From positions 32,001 through 96,000 of the forward strand of contig JAJRWI010000079.1 in NCBI GenBank assembly GCA_024276825.1: DNA of 64,000 bases, read 5' to 3'. Shown in pieces: positions 1 through 9,712 of the stretch (within the stretch, counting starts at the first letter, position 1; every line of letters starts with the position of its first letter). The notes beneath the pieces are model-generated. The model was not told the DNA's origin, ran no database searches, and was given only the letters and a program-made list of their open reading frames with translations. Source of the stretch: an archaeon (GTDB lineage: Archaea > Asgardarchaeota > Thorarchaeia > Thorarchaeales > Thorarchaeaceae). The position numbers were made by a program, and so were the translations under genes.

Positions 1-698
1 ACAACTGTGTGTTTGCCGCCTTTTGGAATGGGAGCACTCAATAAATGAATTGCATGCTGAGCAACATGTTCTGCCATATCTGTGGGCGGTGACTTCTCGA
101 ACATCTCCCATCCACCAGTTATACCATAGGCCTGATAACTGGGAACAATCTTGCCAGCTTCAGCGGCAACCGCCCTTAGAATTATACTTGGCCTGCTGTC
201 AAAGATCTCTACATCGGTCCCGTCAGAGTTCATGATGATTCTGTGATTTCGCGGCTCTCGAATCCATGATGTTGACCCACTTATCCGTTTGTCATATTCA
301 TTGATGATCTTGTCTGCTTCTTTGACTATGCTGATGATCTCTTCAATATCGTGATTCTCGAAGGGATCCTTTCCTGTCGCTCTGAAAGTCCCCTTCACTG
401 GTTTTATCGGAGCCAGCTCGATCTTCTCCTTCTTGCTCTGGGCAAGACTCTTTGCAGCTGCAATCGCATTTGACAGGGTCTCATCAACAGATTCTGCATC
501 GAGCTTGCTGGTACTTGCATAGCCCCAAGCACCATCAACAAGGACACGGATACCAATGCCTGCAAAATCGTCCACAACAGCCTGCTTCAGCTGGCCCTTA
601 TCCATTCGTACTTGAGTGTACTTTCGTTGATGGTAGCGCGCTTCTACATGTGCATCCTCGGGACAGTTGTCAATAACTCTCTGAACTAGGTCTCTCAT
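1..698 (-). CDS. tldD: TldD/PmbA family metalloprotease (5' part; runs off the window)
   Basis: Not in the ORF track. Manual translation from ATG at 698 gives MRDLVQRVIDNCPEDAHVEARYHQRK...FAGIGIRVLVDGAWGYASTS, the TldD N-terminal GxGIRV...GxWGYAST motif. Confidence 0.85.
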   Translation of the reverse strand, partial: MRDLVQRVIDNCPEDAHVEARYHQRKYTQVRMDKGQLKQAVVDDFAGIGIRVLVDGAWGYASTSKLDAESVDETLSNAIAAAKSLAQSKKEKIELAPIKPVKGTFRATGKDPFENHDIEEIISIVKEADKIINEYDKRISGSTSWIREPRNHRIIMNSDGTDVEIFDSRPSIILRAVAAEAGKIVPSYQAYGITGGWEMFEKSPPTDMAEHVAQHAIHLLSAPIPKGGKHTV

Positions 699-1262
699 AT
701 GGAAGTCCCTCGCATTAAACATTTTATTAATTCGGAGGTTCTTAATAAGTGAGATTAATGAAGCAGAACAATGATTTTCAGATTAACAATGGAAAATTGT
801 TAATAATAGTAGGAATTCTTGAACATGTGTCACATGTATTTCGAATTCCGCCATTGTCAAATTATTCATGGAATGAAAATAATTGAAAGAGCTGATCATT
901 ACTGAAGTTTGCAGTCTTGCTGCTAGACTGAGAGCTATGTTTTCATTATCTATTTCAATAGCATTCAACATGCCACAATGGGATAAAAGAATGAATAATC
1001 ATGATGCATGTGCAGGATAATGCCATTTTTGGGGTGTCTACTGCATTTTTCGTTGTATCTCGCCTCATCTGACTGGTATTATTTGCAAATATTTCTCATT
1101 GACTTCTGGCGGCTTGTACACCAACATTCAGCTAATTGGAATATGCATGAAATCCATCATTAAGATGATAGAAGTAATAATGTTTGTCAATAATACACAA
1201 TATTCAACTAGGACCATGATAAGCCTTAAAATGAGAAAATAGCAAAAAAAAAATACAAGTAT

Positions 1263-1277
1263 TTAATGATTCATTAA
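1263..1277. promoter_or_regulatory. 7-1-7 palindrome TTAATGA-T-TCATTAA overlapping a TATA-like element; candidate operator of the peptide operon
   Basis: Perfect inverted repeat 26 bp upstream of ATG 1304, preceded by an A-run (about 1244-1253). Confidence 0.45.
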
Positions 1278-1303
1278 CTTGGCCAATGCTTAAGGGGATC
1301 AAT

Positions 1304-1669
1304 ATGTTGTCGAAAGACAGTAAGCAAGCATTTATAGCGCTATTTCCATTGGCTGCACTAGGAATAACTGCATTTTTCAATCTGGGAGAACTCCATGTTG
1401 TTCAAGGCAATATTATCGATGTTCTATATGTCTATGGATACATCAATATGAATGATACAGTTCCACTTTGGATCCTCACACTTCTTTTTGGAACGGGAGG
1501 ATATGCATTCTATTTCTTAGGAACAACTTGGGCCCAATTGAAAGCAATAGCTAATTTGTATTCAATTCCTTGGGCAGCTGCTGCGATTATTCTCGCAGCG
1601 TTTGGTGCCGAGCCAGCTGCGGCAGCTGCTGGTTTAATTGGTCTGGCATATGTCACCGTTGGGGCATAG
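1304..1669 (+). CDS. Putative circular (head-to-tail cyclised) bacteriocin/archaeocin precursor, 121 aa
   Basis: GGGGA SD before ATG 1304 (ORF track starts at 1286). Hydrophobic leader ends ...VVQGN|IIDVLY. The Ala/Gly-rich core ends ...AAAAAGLIGLAYVTVGA. First gene of a SpoIIM/Yip1/ABC operon. Confidence 0.6.
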   Translation: MLSKDSKQAFIALFPLAALGITAFFNLGELHVVQGNIIDVLYVYGYINMNDTVPLWILTLLFGTGGYAFYFLGTTWAQLKAIANLYSIPWAAAAIILAAFGAEPAAAAAGLIGLAYVTVGA

Positions 1670-1679
1670 CGAATTAGTA

Positions 1680-2255
1680 ATGGATTATGGGGGATTCAAC
1701 TCAATGATTTCAATGAAGTATTCCTCAACAATTCTAATATTGGGCATGCTGTTGGGGATTCTGGCTGGAACTACTGAGAATATTGATTCATCATCTCCAA
1801 AGAACATTGATTTTGCCTACCATCCCTCTTTTTTTTCCATCTTATGTAATAACATTGGAGTTGTATTAACCCTTATTCTAGGTGGAATTATCCTATTTTC
1901 CATCCCCACCATATTAGTGGTATTATTAAATGGTATTCGTACTGGTCTGACAATTATGATATGTATCAGAAGCTCAAATCTCATGCCCATATTGGCAGGC
2001 ATTCTTCCTCATGGAGTATTTGAGCTGTCTGGATATGTGTTTGCAGCCACCATAGGTCTTGAAAGTACGCGATTGATCATTGATGTGATGCTAGATGGCC
2101 CTTCAAGAAATCAAGGGCCAAGTTTGAAACAAGGCCTCAATTCTTATTTGACAAATGATTATATGAAATATATCATATTGTCAATAATTCTCATAACAAT
2201 GGGCGCATTAATTGAGAGCACATGTTCTTTATATCTGATGGAGATGTTTGCATGA
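1680..2255 (+). CDS. SpoIIM / DUF95 family membrane protein
   Basis: Motifs SILCNNIGV..LILGG, PTILVVLLNG, ILPHGVFEL and a C-terminal GALIE. Start probably ATG 1680 or slightly later. Confidence 0.88.
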   Translation: MDYGGFNSMISMKYSSTILILGMLLGILAGTTENIDSSSPKNIDFAYHPSFFSILCNNIGVVLTLILGGIILFSIPTILVVLLNGIRTGLTIMICIRSSNLMPILAGILPHGVFELSGYVFAATIGLESTRLIIDVMLDGPSRNQGPSLKQGLNSYLTNDYMKYIILSIILITMGALIESTCSLYLMEMFA

Positions 2256-2938
2256 ACGATGATCATTCTACTGATGGATCAGTGGTATCATTAGTGAACG
2301 GGTATTTAGGAGTCAAGAGCGGACTTAAGTTAATATTGCCTGCTCTTTTTAAGCCATGGAGCGCCTTTATAGAGGTTGCTGATAAGAAGTCCAGTCGAAG
2401 AATCGCATTATTTCCATTGATTGTAGTGGCATTAATGCAATTCTTGTTTATCATTCAGGTGATACTTTACATTTTTCATAAAAAGGTAATTGATGGTGAT
2501 ATAGTTCTTTTACCCGGAACAACAGAGGAAACATACTATTACTCGTTTTACACAGCGACATTGCTAAGCACAATTTCAGCAGTTGTCATCGTTTGGATGG
2601 GAGTTGCTGCAATAAGCTATTTTGTTTGCAGATTGATGAATTATCAATTGAACTTCGGGCAGCTTCTAACATTATCCTCATTTTCCTTACTTCCAACAGC
2701 GATAAGTATGTCAATTGGCACAACCATTTTGATATTCTTAGGTCCTGAAGTACTATTTGCTTGGGCTAACACTATTCAACTTTTTGCAATAATGAATGGG
2801 ACAATCATAATATGGGAGAGCATTATTTTGATGTATATACTAGTCAATCTTGCTGACATCAACACAAAAAGGGCTTTCATTGTAGGGATCATATCTTCAG
2901 TTATCCCCCATTTAATTGGACTACTGTCAATAGCCTGA
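2252..2938 (+). CDS. Yip1-family membrane protein
   Basis: LFKPWSAF N-terminal motif, about 5 TM helices, F.QLL.LSSFSLLP motif; ATGA overlap with the upstream stop. Confidence 0.75.
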   Translation: MNDDHSTDGSVVSLVNGYLGVKSGLKLILPALFKPWSAFIEVADKKSSRRIALFPLIVVALMQFLFIIQVILYIFHKKVIDGDIVLLPGTTEETYYYSFYTATLLSTISAVVIVWMGVAAISYFVCRLMNYQLNFGQLLTLSSFSLLPTAISMSIGTTILIFLGPEVLFAWANTIQLFAIMNGTIIIWESIILMYILVNLADINTKRAFIVGIISSVIPHLIGLLSIA

Positions 2939-2940
2939 AG

Positions 2941-4416
2941 GTGAATATGAAAACAGAAATGAGGAGTAATGCCTTGAATATTATTCTTGAAGCACTGAAA
3001 TCCAGATTTGGAAGCATTATTTTTGCTCTGCATTTCTTTTTTATTGGCAGTCTATTGATGCTAATATTCCCTCTTTTTGTCCCACCACCAAGGACAGAAA
3101 TACCAGCTAGCGACTTGTATAGAATAATCCTAAATGGCAGTATAACATCCATACTTTCATCACTTATTATTGCACCTGCATTCGGCTTCGGAATCGCTAA
3201 TTGGTTCTTTTCAAAACGTTATCCCTTGCAACAATGGGCAGATTTCCCAATTGATGGCAGGCAAATCAATGCCAATATGGTTTCAGTCGTTTTTGAATTA
3301 AGCATTTCATATTCTGCATTTAGTCTTCTAGAACCGATACTGAGAATTCATAATTTGCTGAATTTCACTCAAAGAGTTATTTTTGTTGCTTTGGTTCTTC
3401 TAGAAATATTTGGATTGACGCTAATAGCTGTAAGTGGCATAATCTTTTTGGTTTATTCAGCGTCTGTATCTAATCTTCATAGCACAAGAAGAATCTTGCC
3501 CTTCTTTTTCTTATCCATAGTTGGTGCAATTGGTTCCCAGTTTATTCTGATAGGAGGATTGGGAAACCCGTTGAGTGGAAATGCTGGGTCAGTTCAATTC
3601 GTATTCGAATCTCAGATATTAAACATAATTCAAAGACTCATAGCTGGAGATGTAGTATTGGATTATTTCATCATTCTGTCAGGATTACTCATTGCAGCAA
3701 TGACTGTCTTTGTGGTAACGGGGAAAATCATCAATCAGGGGTTAGAAAAGGCCAGACGAGGTGATTCACTCCACGAAGAATCGATGAGGGAGGAATTCAT
3801 TGAGCATCCATCGATAGAGATTCTACGAATAATGCTCACGGATCAATACACAGTGGGAAGACCGTTTTTAATTGCAATTATTCTGGGCATGATGTCATTT
3901 GGATTTTTGCAATTGATGCTAAACCAACCCGTTAATCTTGCCTTAATTCTTATGTTATTAATCCCAACAATTGGAACAATGGAGTCATTGTTTGTTGCAA
4001 CCATTGCTGGCAAGAACACTCTCAATTTTTATCGAGAGAGTCCAAATGGCATTCGCTTCTACTTTGGGATACAAGTATGCTTTTCATCTTTGATTACATT
4101 GATTGTATCAATAGTGAGCATATGCGTAATTGGATTCACGATTGGGTATTTGCCCTCTTTATCTGAGTTGAATTCATATTTGATATTTGTTCCGATATCG
4201 GTTATAATATCAGTCATGATGGCGACTATTCTTCATGCTCTACTCAAGCCGACATCAATTGATGACCCCGTTGTTATCTTAATCTGGCCAATTGTGATCA
4301 CTCTAAACGTGATTATAATGACATACTTAAGCATGGCCTCTTTGATCACAATATTTTCTTTTGTGATATTCATTGCGGCTATTTCATTTACATTAATGGA
4401 GGAGATCAATAGATGA
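2941..4416 (+). CDS. Large polytopic membrane protein (putative exporter/maturation protein)
   Basis: 491 aa, roughly a dozen hydrophobic segments, coupled to the downstream ABC ATPase. Confidence 0.7.
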   Translation: MNMKTEMRSNALNIILEALKSRFGSIIFALHFFFIGSLLMLIFPLFVPPPRTEIPASDLYRIILNGSITSILSSLIIAPAFGFGIANWFFSKRYPLQQWADFPIDGRQINANMVSVVFELSISYSAFSLLEPILRIHNLLNFTQRVIFVALVLLEIFGLTLIAVSGIIFLVYSASVSNLHSTRRILPFFFLSIVGAIGSQFILIGGLGNPLSGNAGSVQFVFESQILNIIQRLIAGDVVLDYFIILSGLLIAAMTVFVVTGKIINQGLEKARRGDSLHEESMREEFIEHPSIEILRIMLTDQYTVGRPFLIAIILGMMSFGFLQLMLNQPVNLALILMLLIPTIGTMESLFVATIAGKNTLNFYRESPNGIRFYFGIQVCFSSLITLIVSIVSICVIGFTIGYLPSLSELNSYLIFVPISVIISVMMATILHALLKPTSIDDPVVILIWPIVITLNVIIMTYLSMASLITIFSFVIFIAAISFTLMEEINR

Positions 4417-5159
4417 ATGCAGATTCAATATCAAGACCTGCAGTTGTTGTAAGAAATGTTACAAAGAAATATGGTAAACTCACAGTCCTTGATAACATTA
4501 GCTTCAATATTAGCCATGATGAGGTTGTAGGGCTTGTCGGGCCAAATGGATCAGGAAAGAGCACTTTACTAAGAATTCTGAAGGGAGGACTTTATCCTAC
4601 AACTGGTGAGGTTATTATTGGGAACTTCAGTATCAATAAGCAGCCTGACTCTATTCGAAGAATAACAGGAATCGCACATGATGAGCCTGTTCTTTTCGAA
4701 ATGATGACAGGGATGCAGTTCTTGCATTTCGTTGCAAGTATTTATCGGGTCAAACCACAAACAGCAAAAGAGTCTATTGGCTATTGGGTCAGGGCTCTTG
4801 GCCTAGACAATCAAATCAGAAACAGGATTGAAACATATTCCCATGGAATGAAAAAGAGACTTTCAATAGTCGCTTCATTGATTCATGATCCATTTCTATT
4901 ACTCCTTGATGAACCAACACAGGGACTAGATCCTGATACACGAACAATTTACATGCAAAGGATAATGAATAATGCATTTAAATCAGACAGAGTTGTAATA
5001 ATAAGCACGCACAGATTGGATATTATTGATGATTTGTGCTCGCGAGTATTAGTAATTCGAGGGGGCAGAATTATTGAAGATGGTTCGATTGAATTCATAA
5101 AAACAAAATACAATGCTGATGACATTGAAGAGGCGTATCTTCTCACTGATGATGAATAG
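4413..5159 (+). CDS. ABC transporter ATP-binding protein
   Basis: Walker A GPNGSGKS, signature YSHGMKKR, Walker B LLLLDEPT, H-loop STH. Confidence 0.95.
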   Translation: MNADSISRPAVVVRNVTKKYGKLTVLDNISFNISHDEVVGLVGPNGSGKSTLLRILKGGLYPTTGEVIIGNFSINKQPDSIRRITGIAHDEPVLFEMMTGMQFLHFVASIYRVKPQTAKESIGYWVRALGLDNQIRNRIETYSHGMKKRLSIVASLIHDPFLLLLDEPTQGLDPDTRTIYMQRIMNNAFKSDRVVIISTHRLDIIDDLCSRVLVIRGGRIIEDGSIEFIKTKYNADDIEEAYLLTDDE

Positions 5160-5174
5160 GGAGATCTCATTGGA

Positions 5175-6116
5175 ATGAAAATAGTTGTTAGGAATGTTTC
5201 ATATAAATATGGTCGCAAGAAGGCACTTGATAATATTTCATTAGATATAGGACCGGGAGTAACTGGACTCATCGGAGTAAATGGCTCAGGAAAAACAACC
5301 CTGTTGAAATTGATACTCGGAATCATTCCAATTCAAGAGGGCGAGATATTAATCAATGATTCCCCAGTGCCCATTAAAGATAAAGAGAAACTTGTTGAAA
5401 TTGGATATATCCCCGAAATACCTGCATTAGATAATGAATTGACCTTACATGAATACCTTGGCTTCTTTCTGAGTATTTTGGAAACTGCTGGGGGTAAAAC
5501 AACAGGACTTGATGAAATCATAGAAATTGTCGGACTGGGCGATGCCAAGAATAGAAGAATATCTGACTATTCACGTGGAATGAAACAGAGGGCCTGCATT
5601 AGTCAATCCATATTGTGCAAGAGAAGGATATTAATCCTTGATGAGCCCCTCTCACATTTGGACCCTCTTAGTAGAATCCAATTCAAGGAGCTATTCAGAG
5701 AATGTGCTGATGATGGGGCAATAGTATTAATCTCCTCACACATTCTAGGCGAGCTGGATGAAATATGCGACAATGTCGTTATTCTGAATGACGGAAAATT
5801 AATTGAATATGGAGCAATTGGTCAATTAAGAAACAAATATGAATCTAATGTGGTTCAATGGGTTATAGAAACAGATAGCCCGATAGAATTGGCAGATCTA
5901 ATTGAAAATGAGCTTAACCCTTCGGCGATCGAAGTCATAGGTAATGTAATCAGGGTGCTAGTCGGGTCTAATCCCAGAATGAAAAGCTTGTTTTTTGGAT
6001 TGCTGGCAAGGACATGTAATATTGAAATCTTCAGGTTCTATGATAGAAGTTTGAGCCTTGAGGGCATATTGAAAAGAAGCATGGGGGACAATAAGAATGA
6101 ATCGCAAATTCATTAA
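5175..6116 (+). CDS. ABC transporter ATP-binding protein (ABC-2/DrrA type, with C-terminal domain)
   Basis: GVNGSGKT, YSRGMKQR, ILILDEP, SSHIL. Confidence 0.95.
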   Translation: MKIVVRNVSYKYGRKKALDNISLDIGPGVTGLIGVNGSGKTTLLKLILGIIPIQEGEILINDSPVPIKDKEKLVEIGYIPEIPALDNELTLHEYLGFFLSILETAGGKTTGLDEIIEIVGLGDAKNRRISDYSRGMKQRACISQSILCKRRILILDEPLSHLDPLSRIQFKELFRECADDGAIVLISSHILGELDEICDNVVILNDGKLIEYGAIGQLRNKYESNVVQWVIETDSPIELADLIENELNPSAIEVIGNVIRVLVGSNPRMKSLFFGLLARTCNIEIFRFYDRSLSLEGILKRSMGDNKNESQIH

Positions 6117-6855
6117 GGAGATTATAAAGAGGGAATACCGAATATTTGCAAAAGGCCATCAATTCATTATTGTTCTGGCATTCTCTGTGGCAGTTGCAGT
6201 GCTCCTATTTACTTCAATAGTAACCTTATCAAAAGATGTTATAGATCTCTTGTTTTCTCAATTTGAGATCGGGTACTATTTCTTAACAAGCTATGCAATC
6301 ATCCTATTTGGAGTAATCACCATATTCAATTCAGCAACAGGATTTTCACGTGAACATGAACACAACATGCATCAGGTCTTATACATCCTTCCAATTGACA
6401 CTTCAAGTGTGATTATCGGAAAAGCGCTAGCCATATGGTCTTGCACCATTCTTACCACTTCGATACCATATTTCACAATCATCATAACACTGATTGCTTT
6501 TCTTGGTTTGCAGGTATCTATTTGGATTGTTATTGAGCTATATGCCATCTTTGCTTTTTCCATGATTCTATTGTCAAGCTATTCCATGATCGCATCTATT
6601 GTTTCAAAGTCCAATGGAGTTTCATTCTCGATTAGTCTAATGACTTTGATAGGCGCAATTATGCTTAAGGAAAATAGAGTCCTAAAATATCCATCCCCAT
6701 TTGGATTCTTTGATTATTTGACATATGGTGTTGTGATTCATGAGTTAGACCCAATAGCTGTGTTTATTTTCTTATTCGCCTGTGCCATGGGCATTATGAG
6801 TTCTCTTGCGATGTCATGGTTTCTTTTTGAGAGGAGAGCAGCATACATGTTTTAG
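6097..6855 (+). CDS. ABC-2 type exporter permease
   Basis: IIKREYR N-terminus, FSREHE...LYILPI....VIIGK motif, 6 TM segments. Confidence 0.88.
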   Translation: MNRKFIKEIIKREYRIFAKGHQFIIVLAFSVAVAVLLFTSIVTLSKDVIDLLFSQFEIGYYFLTSYAIILFGVITIFNSATGFSREHEHNMHQVLYILPIDTSSVIIGKALAIWSCTILTTSIPYFTIIITLIAFLGLQVSIWIVIELYAIFAFSMILLSSYSMIASIVSKSNGVSFSISLMTLIGAIMLKENRVLKYPSPFGFFDYLTYGVVIHELDPIAVFIFLFACAMGIMSSLAMSWFLFERRAAYMF

Positions 6856-6914
6856 TTCATTATGCTTTTCATAGATGCAATGAGTCGTGAACCGCCCACA
6901 ATCATTCAATTTTC

Positions 6915-7006
6915 GGGGTTGCATTTAGATGCATAGAGGTTAGACAGAGTTGGACACCAATCAAAGGATCATCTAAATGATACTCTGAAATTTTGGAGGG
7001 CTTAAA
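6915..7006 (+). repeat. Dispersed intergenic repeat, copy 1 (5' half only)
   Basis: GGGTTGC...AGATGC.TAGAGGT.AGACA.AGTTGGACACCAATCAAAG.ATCATCTAAATGATACTCT is nearly identical to 14612-14705. Confidence 0.85.
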
Positions 7007-7188
7007 GCAATTCCCCAGCCATCGGGGTTTTCAGAGCCATGTCTTTGAAAGACATCAAGGGAGATTGTGGCTTTAACAGGACCTGCAAAACAAAGACCAA
7101 GAAGATCACACATGATTAATCACTTGTTAGCCACATGATTTGCTTGTTATTATTTTTTGTATCTCATTTGGATGAAAGAGGCAAAGTA

Positions 7189-7825
7189 TTATGATTCATA
7201 GCGACACATCTTTACTTCGATATTCCTCGGAGATGAGTCATCGAGCATATTCTCCATCTTATCATCAACATAGAGTTTCAGATTCTTTCCTTGTATTGGT
7301 CTGACATCGATGGAACGGAATCTATTGGACATCAATGACAACTTAGTTAAGGATCTGCAATTGCTCAGTGGGGAGAGATCAATTGACTTGATTTTGTTGT
7401 GGTTTATTGTCAGATTAGAGAGTGTAGTGCATCCTGCCAAAGGTGAAAGATCAAGTGATCTTAGTGTGTTGTGACTTATTATTAGCGATTCTAGTGATTT
7501 GCACTCTTTCAAAGGCGACAGATCAAGTATTGTGAACTTGTCACAATAATAGATAGACAGGCTTTTGAGATTGATACATGACGATAATGGTGAGAGGTCA
7601 ATACTGAGCGCTCTTAGTTGTACTAGATCCATTTTCAATCAGATACTCATTTCCTTCAAGAGGCGAGAGGTCAGAGTCATTAGTGCTATACATTTCAAGT
7701 CGGAATGGTCTATCGTTTGGAATGTCATAGGTTGTAAGACCTTCATGATAGGAGATCTGAAAGACCCGCAACTTTGTTTTATTTTTATTATTATCTTGCA
7801 GAGTATAATCACCGCCGTATCTCAT
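7189..7825 (-). pseudogene. Leucine-rich repeat protein, frameshifted
   Basis: Repeats IDLSPLxxCxxLxxLxIxxN. The upstream frame (MRYGG...DLSPLEGNEYLIE) joins MDLVQLRALSIDLSPL if one base is removed from the run at 7632-7635. Confidence 0.7.
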
Positions 7826-7892
7826 CAAATGAACAATTGAAACACGCTCTACGATTCGATTTGTGGAGGCTATCAGTGGCAGAACAAAATGT

Positions 7893-9578
7893 CTAGAATA
7901 TCTTTGGTTCTTCCCATTCACCCCAGATTTCTCTCCAGACATCACATATCTCGCCGACGGACGCATAGGCCTTCACGGCCTCTACAATGTGAGGCATGAC
8001 ATTGTCGGTTCCTTCGGATGCCTTTCTCAGTGCGTCAAGGGTTTCCTGTACACGTTGGTTGTCGCGTTCCTTGCGGACCTTGTTCAAGCGAGCGACCTGT
8101 TTCTTCTCAACCTCAGGATCAATCTTGAGAACTGGGATGCTCAGGTCTTCGCCCTCAAGAACAAAATCATTAACTCCGACGATTATTCGCTTCTTGGTCT
8201 CAATCTCGCGTTGGTACCTATAGGCGGACTCTGCAATCTCCCTCTGGAAGAAGCCCTTCTCAATAGCAGCGATCACACCGCCCATTGCTTCAACTTTATC
8301 GAAGTACTTGTAGGTCTCTTCTTCCATCTGATTGGTCAGCCATTCGATGTAGTAAGAGCCGCCGAGAGGATCTATCGTGTTAGCAACCCCGCTTTCATAG
8401 GCAAGCACCTGTTGCGTTCTAAGTGCAATACGGACAGCATCCTCGGTTGGGAGACACCAGGCCTCATCCATGCTGTTTGTGTGCAGTGATTGAGTCCCTC
8501 CGAGAACTGCAGCCAGTGCTTGATATGCAGTCCTGACAATGTTGACTTCTGGCTGCTGTGCAGTAAGCGAGCATCCAGCAGTCTGTGTATGGAAGCGCAT
8601 CCAGAGTGAGCGTTTCTTCTTGGCTCCAAAGCGCTCTTTCATCTCACGAGCCCATATCCTTCGAGCAGCACGATATTTTGCAATCTCCTCGAATATGTCA
8701 TTGTGTGCATTGAAGAAGAATGAGAGGCGTGGTGCGAAAGCATCCACATTAAGACCATGATCAATACCAACCTGTACATAGGTCAGACCGTTGAGAAGTG
8801 TGAATGCCAGTTCCTGAACTGCAGTGGATCCAGCCTCACGAATGTGATAACCACTAATGGAGATAGTGTTCCATCTCGGGATGTTATTAGCACAGTACTC
8901 CATAATATCGCCAATTATTCGAAGAGACTGTTCAGGAGGATATATCCAGCTCTTCTGAGCCATGTATTCTTTTAAGATGTCATTCTGAATTGTGCCGCCA
9001 ATCTGAGTGGGTGCAACACCCTGCTTTTGAGCAGCAACCATGTACATTGAAAGAAGAATAGATGCAGGAGCATTGATAGTCATTGATGTTGTTACCTTGT
9101 CAAGTGGAATCCCATCAAACAGGATTTCCATGTCCTTGAGTGTGTCAACAGCCACACCGAGTTTACCAACCTCGCCAAGTGCAAATGGATGATCCGAATC
9201 TCTGCCGTAAATCGTAGGCAGGTGAAACGCCACGCTCAGCCCAGTCTGACCGTTGGCAAGGAGAAACTTGTACCGGGCATTCGACTCCTCGGCAGTGCCC
9301 ATACCTGCAAACTGTCGCATTGTCCAAATTCTGCCCCTGTACATAGTGGGCTGAACACCACGAGTATATGGATAATCGCTTGGAAATCCGAGGTCTCGGA
9401 GGTAATCTAAATCGGGAACATCAAGGGGCGTGTATAGTCGATTTATTGGACGGCTAGAGGTTGATATGAATTCTGTCAGTCTCTCGGGGTGCTTCTCAAG
9501 ATGTGGTCTTAGAGTTTCTGACTCCCACTTGTCTTTTGCTTCGCGAATCTTTTCAAGACGCTCATTTAAGCTTCCCAA
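7893..9578 (-). CDS. icmA: B12-dependent acyl-CoA mutase, substrate-binding subunit (isobutyryl-CoA mutase type)
   Basis: MCM-family motifs [43 protein letters not shown]. Phe and Gln occupy the Tyr89/Arg207-equivalent positions. Confidence 0.85.
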   Translation of the reverse strand: MGSLNERLEKIREAKDKWESETLRPHLEKHPERLTEFISTSSRPINRLYTPLDVPDLDYLRDLGFPSDYPYTRGVQPTMYRGRIWTMRQFAGMGTAEESNARYKFLLANGQTGLSVAFHLPTIYGRDSDHPFALGEVGKLGVAVDTLKDMEILFDGIPLDKVTTSMTINAPASILLSMYMVAAQKQGVAPTQIGGTIQNDILKEYMAQKSWIYPPEQSLRIIGDIMEYCANNIPRWNTISISGYHIREAGSTAVQELAFTLLNGLTYVQVGIDHGLNVDAFAPRLSFFFNAHNDIFEEIAKYRAARRIWAREMKERFGAKKKRSLWMRFHTQTAGCSLTAQQPEVNIVRTAYQALAAVLGGTQSLHTNSMDEAWCLPTEDAVRIALRTQQVLAYESGVANTIDPLGGSYYIEWLTNQMEEETYKYFDKVEAMGGVIAAIEKGFFQREIAESAYRYQREIETKKRIIVGVNDFVLEGEDLSIPVLKIDPEVEKKQVARLNKVRKERDNQRVQETLDALRKASEGTDNVMPHIVEAVKAYASVGEICDVWREIWGEWEEPKIF

Positions 9579-9712
9579 GGATATTCACTCCTGCATGCTG
9601 AGTTGTGATAACAACATTGTTAAAGTCTTATGGTTGCTGAGTGAGTTATTTGAAGACATGTTTGCGACAAGATTAAGTGCATTCATACAATCAACTCACA
9701 ATTGGTGATCTT

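Noticed and set aside
23-676. Plus-strand ORFs of 70 and 74 aa
   Set aside because: Antisense shadows of tldD.
783-971. 62-aa minus-strand ORF as a possible immunity peptide
   Set aside because: Not cationic, on the opposite strand, no motif; could be chance in AT-rich DNA.
1304-1669. Precursor as an archaeal type IV pilin, conjugative pilin or ATP synthase c subunit
   Set aside because: No class III signal motif, no secretion ATPase or ATP synthase genes nearby; the SpoIIM/Yip1/ABC context fits better.
7863-8975. Long plus-strand ORFs overlapping the mutase
   Set aside because: Antisense shadows; the same applies to the shadow ORFs over the E1/E2, por and GTPase genes.
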